Virus record (IMG/VR): IMGVR_UViG_3300021440_001469
Location: 1-52,888 of that record
Direction: 5' to 3' (one strand)
DNA length: 52,888 nucleotides
DNA from: a virus
Taxonomy: Duplodnaviria > Caudoviricetes
The position numbers were made by a program, and so were the translations under genes. A model generated the notes under the pieces. It was not told the origin of the DNA and searched no databases. It worked only from the letters and a program-made list of their open reading frames with translations. This document shows positions 9,267 through 17,498 of this stretch, one piece after another (the stretch's first letter is position 1; each line of letters begins with the position of its first letter).

Positions 9267-11591
9267 ATGTCCGCCCAAAAAATCCTGTACGAAATAGCCG
9301 CCGAGGACAAAACGGCGGCCGGATGGTCCTCCGCCAAGTCCACCGCGGAACGGCATCTTGCCGACATTGAAGGTCGGTCACGGATATTTGCTGACAGGAT
9401 CAACGGGGCATTCAACGCCGTGAAGGGGCTGGCGATTGCGGGCGCATTCTACGAAACCGCCGGCTCCCTGAAGTCCGCCCAGATGGAAGCCCAGAAGCTG
9501 GCGGCCTCGCTCAACTTCTCAAGCGGCAATCGGGCCGGCGAAGAACTCGACTATCTGCGGAACATCACCCGGCAATTGGGCATAGATTTCGGTTCCGCCT
9601 CCAGTGCTTACGCGAGCTTTGCGGCATCGGCCAAGGGCACCGGGATAACCGGCGACACCCTCAAGGCAACCTTTGAAGGCGTCAGCAAGGCAGCCTCTCA
9701 ACTCGGGCTGTCTTCCGATGAAACACAAGGCGCTCTCCTGGCGCTTTCGCAGATCATCAGCAAGGGCACCGTGCAGGCTGAAGAGCTGCGCGGGCAACTC
9801 GGGGAACGGATTCCGGGAGCGTTCAATCTGGCAGCCAAGGCCATGGGGCTGACCACGGCGGAGCTAGGCAAGCTGCTGGAGTCGGGCAGACTCACGGCGG
9901 CTGAATTCCTGCCCCGATTTGCCGCCGAACTGAATGCCACTTACCAGGCGACGGATAACCTCGTTGCGGCCACTAATCGGCTGACGAGCGCCTGGGACGA
10001 CTGGAAGCGCTCGCTCTCCGATGGGGCGAGCGGCAGCGGGCTTTCATGGCTGACACGCGGTTTGAATGAATCGTCCGCGGCGATGCGGGAGCTTGGATCG
10101 GAAGCCGGCCTTGTGAAGCACATTCTTGTTGCCATTGGCGGCTTTCAGTTTGGCGCCGTGAATGCCGGAAAGTTCGATACCGCACAGGTCCGCCAAAATC
10201 TTCAGGCGGAGTTCTCGCGGGTGCAGGACGGCCTTGCGCAGGTGGAAGCCCTCAAGAATAAACAGGGCGGCTATCTCGATCCGTTCCAAACGCAAACCCT
10301 TGCCGACTACCGGCGCGAACTTGGCCGGACCAGGGCTGCCATCGATGAACTTGCCGTTTCAGAAGGCAAGCGGAAAGGGATCAAGCTCCCCAACCTCAAG
10401 GAAGACTTTGCCGCGCAGCAAGCCCGGCAGCAGGAAGGGCTGAAGGCCTACCTGAAAGATATGCGTCAGGCCACGAAGGATGAAAAAACCGCTGCCAGCG
10501 TCGCCGCCGAGACTGACGCCTTCACCAAGGCGACTTCCGATTTAGACCGAAAATCCAAGGCCTACACCGACGCCTTGAAGATTCATCAGGCGCGCATCGC
10601 CGAAATTCAGAAGGGTGACAAGTCTGGAACCGGCCGTGCCAATTCCGTCGACCTTAACGCGGGTTCCGATCTGGAAGCCGCCAAGAGCTATGCCGATGCG
10701 CTTAAGTCGTTGGGCGATATCCAGACGACGGCGACGAACAGCGCCCTAGGCCTGGCCGGCGCCGAGGCCTCGCTAACCAAGATCATGTCATCGCCCGAAT
10801 GGGAGCGGATGCCCGCAGCTTGGCGGGATGTCATCAAGTCCCAGTACGAAGCCGCAACGGCGGCCGAGCAACTCGCCCGCGGCGAAGCGAATGTCCGCGA
10901 AGCGTACAGCCGGACGATTCAGCCCTTGCGTGCCCGGCTGGCCGAACTCGAAAAAGAAAACGACTTCTACGGCCTGACCGAAGCACAGATCAATGTTGTG
11001 ACGGCGGCCCGGCTTGACGAGGCGGTCGCCATCGCCAAGGCCAACGGCGCCACCGAAGATCAACTCGCCACCTTGGAGCGAGAGCGAGACCTGCGCTTGG
11101 ATATCGCCAAGCAGGCCGGGGCAAAGGACTTGCGGGACATGGAGCGCCGCCGCATTCAGGATGAGGCTGACGACCTGAAGCGGATTGGCGATGACGTCGG
11201 GGCATCCCTGACCGATGCGATATTCCACGGTGGGCGAAACGGCTGGAAAATGCTCAAGTCGACCATCGAAGCCACCGTCATCCGCGCCACCATCCTTCCT
11301 CAAATTCAGGGTGAAATAAACTCGGTTCTCGGGGCTGTCATGGGGAAGGGCACCGGGGGTTCATCCGGTGGCTTGCTGGGTGGCCTGGGTTCGTTCGTCA
11401 AGGATTTGTTCGCCGGCAGCAACAAAGCGGCCGTATCCGCCAAGTCCGCTGAAGACTACATCGACGCCGGGGGACTGGGGCAGGGGAAGTCGATGGGCTT
11501 TCTGGCCGCACTCTTCAACAGCCTGCCGAGCTTCGACGTTGGAACGCCTTATGTGCCGCGCACCATGTTCGCCAAGATCCACTGTCACTGA
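9267..11591 (+). CDS. Tape measure protein, truncated near its C-terminus by IS21
   Basis: Tape-measure domain LSQIISKGTVQAEELRGQLGERIPG; long helical Ala-rich body; C-terminal motif FDVGTPYVP...AKIH cut at 11582. Confidence 0.9.
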   Translation: MSAQKILYEIAAEDKTAAGWSSAKSTAERHLADIEGRSRIFADRINGAFNAVKGLAIAGAFYETAGSLKSAQMEAQKLAASLNFSSGNRAGEELDYLRNITRQLGIDFGSASSAYASFAASAKGTGITGDTLKATFEGVSKAASQLGLSSDETQGALLALSQIISKGTVQAEELRGQLGERIPGAFNLAAKAMGLTTAELGKLLESGRLTAAEFLPRFAAELNATYQATDNLVAATNRLTSAWDDWKRSLSDGASGSGLSWLTRGLNESSAAMRELGSEAGLVKHILVAIGGFQFGAVNAGKFDTAQVRQNLQAEFSRVQDGLAQVEALKNKQGGYLDPFQTQTLADYRRELGRTRAAIDELAVSEGKRKGIKLPNLKEDFAAQQARQQEGLKAYLKDMRQATKDEKTAASVAAETDAFTKATSDLDRKSKAYTDALKIHQARIAEIQKGDKSGTGRANSVDLNAGSDLEAAKSYADALKSLGDIQTTATNSALGLAGAEASLTKIMSSPEWERMPAAWRDVIKSQYEAATAAEQLARGEANVREAYSRTIQPLRARLAELEKENDFYGLTEAQINVVTAARLDEAVAIAKANGATEDQLATLERERDLRLDIAKQAGAKDLRDMERRRIQDEADDLKRIGDDVGASLTDAIFHGGRNGWKMLKSTIEATVIRATILPQIQGEINSVLGAVMGKGTGGSSGGLLGGLGSFVKDLFAGSNKAAVSAKSAEDYIDAGGLGQGKSMGFLAALFNSLPSFDVGTPYVPRTMFAKIHCH

Positions 11592-11725
11592 CCGCCACAT
11601 AGAGCCACCGATGATCGGCACAATGGAGCCAGTTTGAATCGTCTCTGACGGACGTCTTCGGGGGTCAAGAGTGGTGGTTTTTCGGGGTGCTGGCAAGCGC
11701 TGTTTTGGCCTTGTTCGGACCCTGC
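11583..11725 (-). mobile_element. IS21-family right end (IR plus 3' tip of istB)
   Basis: TGTCA terminus with repeated TGAYCGSCACA..GAGCCA sites at 11589-11607 and 11612-11631. Confidence 0.85.
11665..11725 (-). pseudogene. istB: Detached 3' end of istB (QGPNKAKTALASTPKNHHS*)
   Basis: Joins in frame to the istB fragment at 52461 across the CCCTGC duplication. Confidence 0.85.
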
Positions 11726-11766
11726 TAACGCCCCGCGCGATAAATGCCGATTTTGAGGCGAGATAA
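11726..11766 (+). repeat. Prophage left terminus with transposase-binding sites
   Basis: TAA start; GCGCGATA at end positions 10-17 and GCGAGATA at 33-40. Confidence 0.8.
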
Positions 11767-11819
11767 TCGGCGGGCCGCGGGCTTTCGGGTGGCGAAAGAA
11801 AATTACGCTGGGCGGCACT

Positions 11820-12446
11820 TTACTTTGTCCTGGCTGGCTCCGCGAGCCTTCCGGAGCTAAATGCGGGCTCCCAGGTAGACGGGCTCTCGTCTTGTGCCTT
11901 GGCGGTCACCACGCCCATGGCCAGGTCGTCGAGGACCGCCTCGAGGAGGCGAAGGCCTATCGGGGCGAGGGCGCGGCGCCAGAGGCCGGACGGGGTTTCG
12001 CCCGGCAGGACGTGGCACCAGTCCTGCCGGGCGATGGGCCCGGTGTCGGCGCCGTCATCCATCCAGTACGCGGTGCCGCCGGCGATGGCGTCGCCCATGT
12101 GAACGGTCCAGCGGACGGCGTCGCGGCCACGGTGCCTCGGGAGCAGCGATGGATGATAGCCGAGGGCGCCGTAGCGGGTGGCGGCGCGGGCGCCGGCGTC
12201 GATGAAGGCGTGGGCATGGGCGGCTACGATCACATCGACGCCGGTGGGGATATCGGCGGCGCTTACCCTTCGGCCGCGGTGCTCGGCCGGCACGCCGGAC
12301 TGCCGGGCCGCGGCGTAAAGGCGGTCGTATTCCTCACGGGGCGACGCCGGCGCCAGCACCTTGACCACCTCGTGGCCTCGCCGGAGGCACAGGCGCAGGG
12401 CCTCGGCGCCGAACCATTGCTGCCCTACGATCACGATGCGCATCAT
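11820..12446 (-). CDS. Formyltransferase (Fmt-like N-terminal domain only)
   Basis: YHPSLLPRHRG and DDGADTGPI motifs. Confidence 0.9.
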   Translation of the reverse strand: MMRIVIVGQQWFGAEALRLCLRRGHEVVKVLAPASPREEYDRLYAAARQSGVPAEHRGRRVSAADIPTGVDVIVAAHAHAFIDAGARAATRYGALGYHPSLLPRHRGRDAVRWTVHMGDAIAGGTAYWMDDGADTGPIARQDWCHVLPGETPSGLWRRALAPIGLRLLEAVLDDLAMGVVTAKAQDESPSTWEPAFSSGRLAEPARTK

Positions 12447-13561
12447 GCGGCCTCCCCGAGATAGCGGAAGCCCTGCACGGCGCGGAAGTGCCCCCCGTAT
12501 CCCGCGGCAGTCGGCCCCTGGCGTCCGGCTTTCCGGGCTGATCGATTGACCGACTCCGCACTGCGCCCCTTATGGGCGCCCACCAGCGCGGCTGACACCT
12601 GCGTCCAGTTGCGATCGCGACGCAATGCCGCGGCGAGGCCGGGGTGGCTGGTGTGAAAGAGCGTCCGTAGCGGCCGCCCGTAGCGGTTATGCCCTTCAAG
12701 CCAGGCCTGGCAGACGGCGTTGAGGAAGCGCATCCCGACGCCGGCCCCCTGCCATTCGGGCATGACCACCAGCCGGCATGCGCGGGCCTCGACAAGCCCC
12801 GGACGGGTGCTGACGGCCACATGGGCGACGAGTTGGTCGTCGATTGTGGCCACGTAGTTGGTGGCGGCGATCATGTGGGGCAGCTTCAGATAGTGATGCG
12901 CTTCAAAGGCTGGCCAGTGGCGCCAGTCTGTCTGGTGGATACACATTTCCAGGGGTGGGCGGCGCCGAAGTACCCCCCGTTCGAAGATGCCCGACCCGGT
13001 ATCGAAGACCCAGTCGGGCTGAACCCAATCGAGGATGTCGTAGTGGCACGAGAGGAGCACCACCCGCCCGCGGCTGCGGCGCCAGGCCTTGGCGAACGCC
13101 CCGGCGCCGACCCGTGCGATCTGGCGGTCGACCACCGACGAGAACTCATCGATGACCGCGAAGCGCGGCGCATCGCACACCAGTCGCGCGAGGTTGGCGC
13201 GGAATTGCTCCCCGTTTGACAGCACCTTGAACGGCCTCAGCCACGCCGGCACACTGCCCAGCCCAACGGCCGAGAGGGCAGCAAATGTGTCGTTGACGTC
13301 GCCTCTGGGGTTGATGGCGTCGATGATCGGAGCGGCGGTAGGCCAGGCCGGGGCGTAGATCGGGCCGAGCTGGCGGCCAAGGCTGGTCTTTCCGCTGCCG
13401 CTGGGGCCGACGATGACACCGATCTGCCAGTCGTCGCCTTCGATGGGCAGCTCGGCATCGAGGGCGAAATCGGCGCCCGACTCGACGTTGAAGAGGGATT
13501 TCACCCGTGCCGCACGGTACGAGTCGAAATCGCGGCAGGTGTTGCGGACGGCGAGCTTCAT
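12443..13561 (-). CDS. ABC ATPase - GNAT acyltransferase fusion
   Basis: GPSGSGKT, LSNGEQFR, VIDEF, SCH; then HHYL and RLVVMPEWQGAGVG (acyl-CoA binding motif). Confidence 0.9.
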   Translation of the reverse strand: MKLAVRNTCRDFDSYRAARVKSLFNVESGADFALDAELPIEGDDWQIGVIVGPSGSGKTSLGRQLGPIYAPAWPTAAPIIDAINPRGDVNDTFAALSAVGLGSVPAWLRPFKVLSNGEQFRANLARLVCDAPRFAVIDEFSSVVDRQIARVGAGAFAKAWRRSRGRVVLLSCHYDILDWVQPDWVFDTGSGIFERGVLRRRPPLEMCIHQTDWRHWPAFEAHHYLKLPHMIAATNYVATIDDQLVAHVAVSTRPGLVEARACRLVVMPEWQGAGVGMRFLNAVCQAWLEGHNRYGRPLRTLFHTSHPGLAAALRRDRNWTQVSAALVGAHKGRSAESVNRSARKAGRQGPTAAGYGGHFRAVQGFRYLGEAA

Positions 13562-13719
13562 ACGACCACCACCCGCGGCTTGAGCCCTTGGGCCAGGAGC
13601 TGCTTATAAACCAGCTCCTGGTGGGCCGCGTCGTCGCAGACGGCCACCACGCCGTATTGCTCGCGGTACTTGAAGCCGTTCTTACCCGGAGGGTTCGGTT
13701 TCGCTTCCTGATTTGCCAT
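13558..13719 (-). CDS. Small 53-aa protein coupled to the ATPase-GNAT gene
   Basis: GGAGG RBS; MANQEAK...EQYGVVAVCDD...KPRVVVV; ATGA overlap with the next gene. Confidence 0.8.
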   Translation of the reverse strand: MANQEAKPNPPGKNGFKYREQYGVVAVCDDAAHQELVYKQLLAQGLKPRVVVV

Positions 13720-13873
13720 GTGGCCTCCAATTGCCGGGCCCTCGGGGGGCTCGGGTTAGAGGCTCGGCGGCCTTCTGATAGAGCGTCCCGCGGCGGGGAC
13801 ACTTGATTTCGAGCCGACGGGCGTCGGCCACTGCCAGTTTCTTATTGCACTGCGCGCAACGAATTTCTTCCAC
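13682..13873 (-). CDS. com: Com-family zinc-finger regulator (fourth Cys replaced by Arg)
   Basis: EIRCAQCNKKLA...LEIKCPRRGTL; position after the tail genes near the phage end. Confidence 0.8.
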   Translation of the reverse strand: MEEIRCAQCNKKLAVADARRLEIKCPRRGTLYQKAAEPLTRAPRGPGNWRPHGKSGSETEPSG

Positions 13874-13919
13874 GTAAAAAAGCCTTTTGCGGTAGCCTCT
13901 GGCCCGCCGTGTGCACGGT

Positions 13920-14002
13920 GGCGGTGCCTTGGCCAAACGCAGGCCTGCTCTGCGGGAGGTGGCCACATCTGGTGCGCTAACACCAACTGCGGTCGCACCG
14001 TC
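13920..14002 (+). ncRNA. Putative cloverleaf-like structured RNA upstream of com
   Basis: GGCGGTGC/GCACCGTC closing stem; TGGCCA/TGGCCA, CGCAG/CTGCG and TGGTG-CGCTAA-CACCA stems; strand uncertain. Confidence 0.5.
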
Positions 14003-14006
14003 TCTC

Positions 14007-14231
14007 TTACACCTCGATATCCACAAAGGCGCCGCTCGGCGCCTGGCCCTCCACGGCCCCGCCCGGCCGGAAGTACACTGACTCTCCGACCGTGGCTGTC
14101 CCCCTGGCCATTGCCAGCGACCCGTCCGGCTGCTGAATCCTGAGCGTTGCGCCATCGACGGCGACGACCTCGCCGATCAGCAGCGGCGCCGACGGCACCG
14201 CGGATCGTATGTACTCCAGCAGACTAGCCAT
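14007..14231 (-). CDS. Small tail-associated protein
   Basis: Last gene of the tail operon; beta-rich GEV..VDG...ARG...GESVYFR.G. Confidence 0.7.
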   Translation of the reverse strand: MASLLEYIRSAVPSAPLLIGEVVAVDGATLRIQQPDGSLAMARGTATVGESVYFRPGGAVEGQAPSGAFVDIEV

Positions 14232-15972
14232 GGCTTTCCACCGTTACCGTTTGCCGCACCCTCACCGGATCGCGCCCGGCGCCTGAGGGCACACTCGCCG
14301 ACACTGCCAGCGCGCGCACCAGGCCGCGGCGGGACGTGGCGCCGCGCGTCCAGTCCATCAAGGCCCCGACGGGGATGATCCCTGACACCGGCAGGATGCC
14401 GGTCTCGAGCGTAATCATCTGCTGGGGGCCGGTATCCCCGAGGATCGAGAGGCCGCGGCCGCGCGCCGCATCGGCATGGGTCACGAGGGAATCGACCACC
14501 ATCTGCGCGGCCTGATCCCCCGCGGACCCTGTGCGCTTGATGCGGGCCCGCACCCCGGCCGCCGGCCCCGCCACATACACCACGTTGTAGCCTGGCCTCA
14601 CGATGTGCTCGGCGCCGCGCTCAATGACCGCAGACGCCGGCAAAACGATATCGGGCGTCGCGCTGCCCCAATCCCACGGGGCCAGCGGGTAGCGCGGCAG
14701 CACGCTGAGCGTCTTTGCGCTGCGGTCGGCCTGGACGTACCCGCCTGCGGCCTCCGCCAAGCGCACGATCGCCGACAGCGGAGTTCCCGTATGGACCCAG
14801 CCGCCCGCCGGAATCAACCAGTCCGCACACTGCCAGCCGAGCGTCCAGCCGAGTGGAACGCCATTGACCGACAGCGCCAAATCCGCGATCTGCTGCGCCG
14901 TCAGCGCGCCCGCCACATTGTCGTGCGACACGACCGGGAATACCGGCTCCGACAGCGCGGCCGCGATTCCCCGCCCGCCGAGCTGGAGCGAGGCGGACCC
15001 GAAGCGCTCGGTTTCGCGCATCCGCTCCACGAGCAAACGCCAGGTCAGGCCGTTGAGCTCGGCCTCGAGCTCGACGGGTTCGGCGGGCGCGGCCGGCTGC
15101 AGATCGTCCAGGGCCGACAAAGGCACGACCGCCGACCAGGTCCAGTGCGCCCCCGCCGTGTCGATCGAGATAGAGATGTTTGAGACGGGCAGGCTGAGGT
15201 TATTGCTGACGCGGCGAAGGGATGCGGCGTTGATCACGATGTAAACCCTCAGCGTGGGGATGACGACGGCGCCTGCCACCGGACCCGGCCCGATGTAGCC
15301 GAACAGCAGATGCGTCGTGTGGTCGAGGGCCGCGCGGAACAGCAGATTGACCGGGTGCTGCACAGGCGGCGTGGGGGGAATCGGCGACGGCAGCCACAGG
15401 CCCGGCGGGGGCGGCATGGCGGCCTGCTGTCGATCCACCCGCCCGGCGTCAACAGGCCGGGCGTGCCAGAGCCGCGGGCGCGTCACGCCGTGGGCGGGCC
15501 GGGCGGCCTGGAAGGCGTGCCGGCACGGGAGGCCGATCGACGCGGCCGGCGCCCAGCGGTTCGCGGCGGCACCGCGGACCGGTGCGGCCATGCCATAGCC
15601 TGCGCGGCCATAGCCGGCGAGGCGGTCGGCGGACTGCCAGGCCATGGCCGCATGCCCCACGTGCGACAGCGCGCCGGAGGCGACGTCCGCGCAGCCGTGC
15701 GTGACCGGCGCGGCACTGCGGCTGAGGTCTGCCGCGGCGGTGCCGATGGGGGCGGCGGCCTGCCAGCCGTTCACCCCCGCCGCCGACGCGGCCTGAGCGG
15801 TCTCGGCGACGTGCGCCAGGCTGGCCCCCATGCCCGCCGCCGCTTCGAAGCCGCACGCCCTGCCGATGCTGACTGTGTCATCAGGCAGTACTTCAGGCGG
15901 CGCTGCGACCGACCCGCCGAAGACAAGATGCGGGCTGCCGGTGAGCACGCCGGCAAACAGCAGGTCGGTCAC
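14224..15972 (-). CDS. Tail tip/hub protein
   Basis: GTG start (VTDLLF) coupled to the upstream stop; synteny with D3112/B3-like tail genes. Confidence 0.7.
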   Translation of the reverse strand: MTDLLFAGVLTGSPHLVFGGSVAAPPEVLPDDTVSIGRACGFEAAAGMGASLAHVAETAQAASAAGVNGWQAAAPIGTAAADLSRSAAPVTHGCADVASGALSHVGHAAMAWQSADRLAGYGRAGYGMAAPVRGAAANRWAPAASIGLPCRHAFQAARPAHGVTRPRLWHARPVDAGRVDRQQAAMPPPPGLWLPSPIPPTPPVQHPVNLLFRAALDHTTHLLFGYIGPGPVAGAVVIPTLRVYIVINAASLRRVSNNLSLPVSNISISIDTAGAHWTWSAVVPLSALDDLQPAAPAEPVELEAELNGLTWRLLVERMRETERFGSASLQLGGRGIAAALSEPVFPVVSHDNVAGALTAQQIADLALSVNGVPLGWTLGWQCADWLIPAGGWVHTGTPLSAIVRLAEAAGGYVQADRSAKTLSVLPRYPLAPWDWGSATPDIVLPASAVIERGAEHIVRPGYNVVYVAGPAAGVRARIKRTGSAGDQAAQMVVDSLVTHADAARGRGLSILGDTGPQQMITLETGILPVSGIIPVGALMDWTRGATSRRGLVRALAVSASVPSGAGRDPVRVRQTVTVESHG

Positions 15973-16334
15973 GGCATGGGGTCCACGGTCGGGGTGTCGG
16001 ACACGACCGCCTGATACGCGCCGGTGTGGTCGTGGGCGATCACCACGTACTGCAGCGCGCGGTTGATGTAGTCGAAGGCATAGGCGCCGGTCACCGGATC
16101 GGACCACATCTCGCGCACCAGGCGGCCGTCGCGCTTGGCGAAGAGCCGCACGCGGCGCCATACCGGATAATCCGGCGTGCTATCGACCTTGACGGTGCCG
16201 GCGATGCGGCCGTCGCCGCCGATCTCGGAGAGGTCGCGCGACATTTGCAGGCGGGGCAGCGCGCGCACGGCCGGCGGCCCGGAGATAGGGTCGCTGAACA
16301 GCAGCAGGGGGCGGTTGACGCCGGTATAGGCCAT
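15969..16334 (-). CDS. Tail-associated beta-sandwich protein
   Basis: GRIAGTVK...RRVRL...WSD..TGAYAF. Confidence 0.7.
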   Translation of the reverse strand: MAYTGVNRPLLLFSDPISGPPAVRALPRLQMSRDLSEIGGDGRIAGTVKVDSTPDYPVWRRVRLFAKRDGRLVREMWSDPVTGAYAFDYINRALQYVVIAHDHTGAYQAVVSDTPTVDPMP

Positions 16335-16337
16335 GCC

Positions 16338-17483
16338 TTACTCCCACGGCCCCAGGTCAATGGCGTAGCGGTAGCCGTTGGTGGCCGCGCTGCTCAGATA
16401 GCGCACAAACAGCAGGCTATGGCCAGGCAGGCCGGCGACGCTGCTGACCACGGACTTGGAGTCATACGCCGAGCCGAGCGAGTGCGGGATGCCGTACAGC
16501 CCCGGCAGCTCGCCGCGGCGGTTGGCGGTCGGGCCGCTCTGCTCGAAGAGGAGGGTCGGGCAGACTTCTATGCCGTTGTTGATCGGATTCGGGCCGGTCG
16601 GCAAAGAGACGGACCCGCTCTGGACCTCGAGCCCCGGCTTACGCAGCATCGCCGGGATCGATGCGCCGAGCTGGCTGTAGCTGCGCATGATGTAGACGCC
16701 GGCGGTCGCCTCTTTCTGGCCTGGCGCACCAGCCCCTACCGAACTGGCGCTTGTTACGTCGGCCGTCTCGGCGACCAGCGCGAAGTTGTACGCGTCACCG
16801 GCCTTGAGGCTGGGGAAATCCCCAAAAAAGCTGGCCTCGTAGTCCGTGGTGTACGCGCTGTAGCGTGCAATCAACAGCCACACGCGCTTGTCGTCGGCCA
16901 CGACGATCCATTTTTTTTGGGTAAGGTTGCCCGTGTTGGAGGCCCCGACATACAGCCCGCCGCTATTCTGCGCATCGGTTGGCGTGGGGCCGGTGCCCGT
17001 ATCCACATCGCTCATCGTCTCGTAGGCGCGGATACGGGCGTAGGTGGTGCCCGTGTCATCGATGCGCGCCCAGCACTGCGAGGCGCTGGGGTTGCCGCTC
17101 TTGTAGGCGGCCTTGTTGGTGCCGGAGAGCTTGACCCAGCCGGCCGGGGCGAGCTTGGCCGTAATGGTGCCCGACACTGCGCCGTCGGCCACGCCGCTGA
17201 CCGCAAACGAAATGGTGTTGGTGCTGGTCGCCGTGATGCGCTGCTCGCCATTGACCGCAGCCGGGCCGGCGCCGGCGATCAGCGCCACACTGAGCGGCTC
17301 AAAGCTGTGGGTGCCGGCGAAGGTGACGGTGCACACACCGGCCGTGACGCTGGCCGCGGTGGCGGTGAGCAGGCCCCAGCCGCTGACCAGGCAGGCGTCG
17401 AGCACGGCGATGCGGCTGCCGGCGGTGCCGGAGAGAACCGGCGCGCCGGGGAGTTCGGAGTGGAAGTATTTGACGAGGGCCAT
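16338..17483 (-). CDS. Tail fibre/receptor-binding-type protein
   Basis: GAPVLSGTAGS.IAVLDACLV.G N-terminus; AGGAG RBS. Confidence 0.7.
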   Translation of the reverse strand: MALVKYFHSELPGAPVLSGTAGSRIAVLDACLVSGWGLLTATAASVTAGVCTVTFAGTHSFEPLSVALIAGAGPAAVNGEQRITATSTNTISFAVSGVADGAVSGTITAKLAPAGWVKLSGTNKAAYKSGNPSASQCWARIDDTGTTYARIRAYETMSDVDTGTGPTPTDAQNSGGLYVGASNTGNLTQKKWIVVADDKRVWLLIARYSAYTTDYEASFFGDFPSLKAGDAYNFALVAETADVTSASSVGAGAPGQKEATAGVYIMRSYSQLGASIPAMLRKPGLEVQSGSVSLPTGPNPINNGIEVCPTLLFEQSGPTANRRGELPGLYGIPHSLGSAYDSKSVVSSVAGLPGHSLLFVRYLSSAATNGYRYAIDLGPWE

Positions 17484-17498
17484 GAATGCTCCTGCGGG

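Larger units (their letters stand above)
1..11582 (+). mobile_element. P4/PICI-like phage satellite (left boundary outside window; interrupted by IS21 at 11583)
   Basis: Co-directional int, HTH, alpA, Toprim/DUF927 primase, iterons, Nu1-like gene; no capsid, portal or large terminase in the visible part. Confidence 0.8.

Noticed and set aside
8541-9332. Diversity-generating retroelement TR/VR pair
   Set aside because: Mismatches are not adenine-specific, include an indel, and no reverse transcriptase is in the window
11583-11632. TG at 11583 as the Mu-like phage left end
   Set aside because: It carries IS21-type internal repeats and is followed by the istB 3' end; the phage begins at 11726
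11820-12446. Housekeeping methionyl-tRNA formyltransferase (fmt)
   Set aside because: Only 208 aa, lacks the C-terminal domain and def context, and lies inside the prophage end
12443-13561. ABC transporter ATP-binding subunit
   Set aside because: No permease or binding protein nearby; fused to a GNAT domain in the mom position
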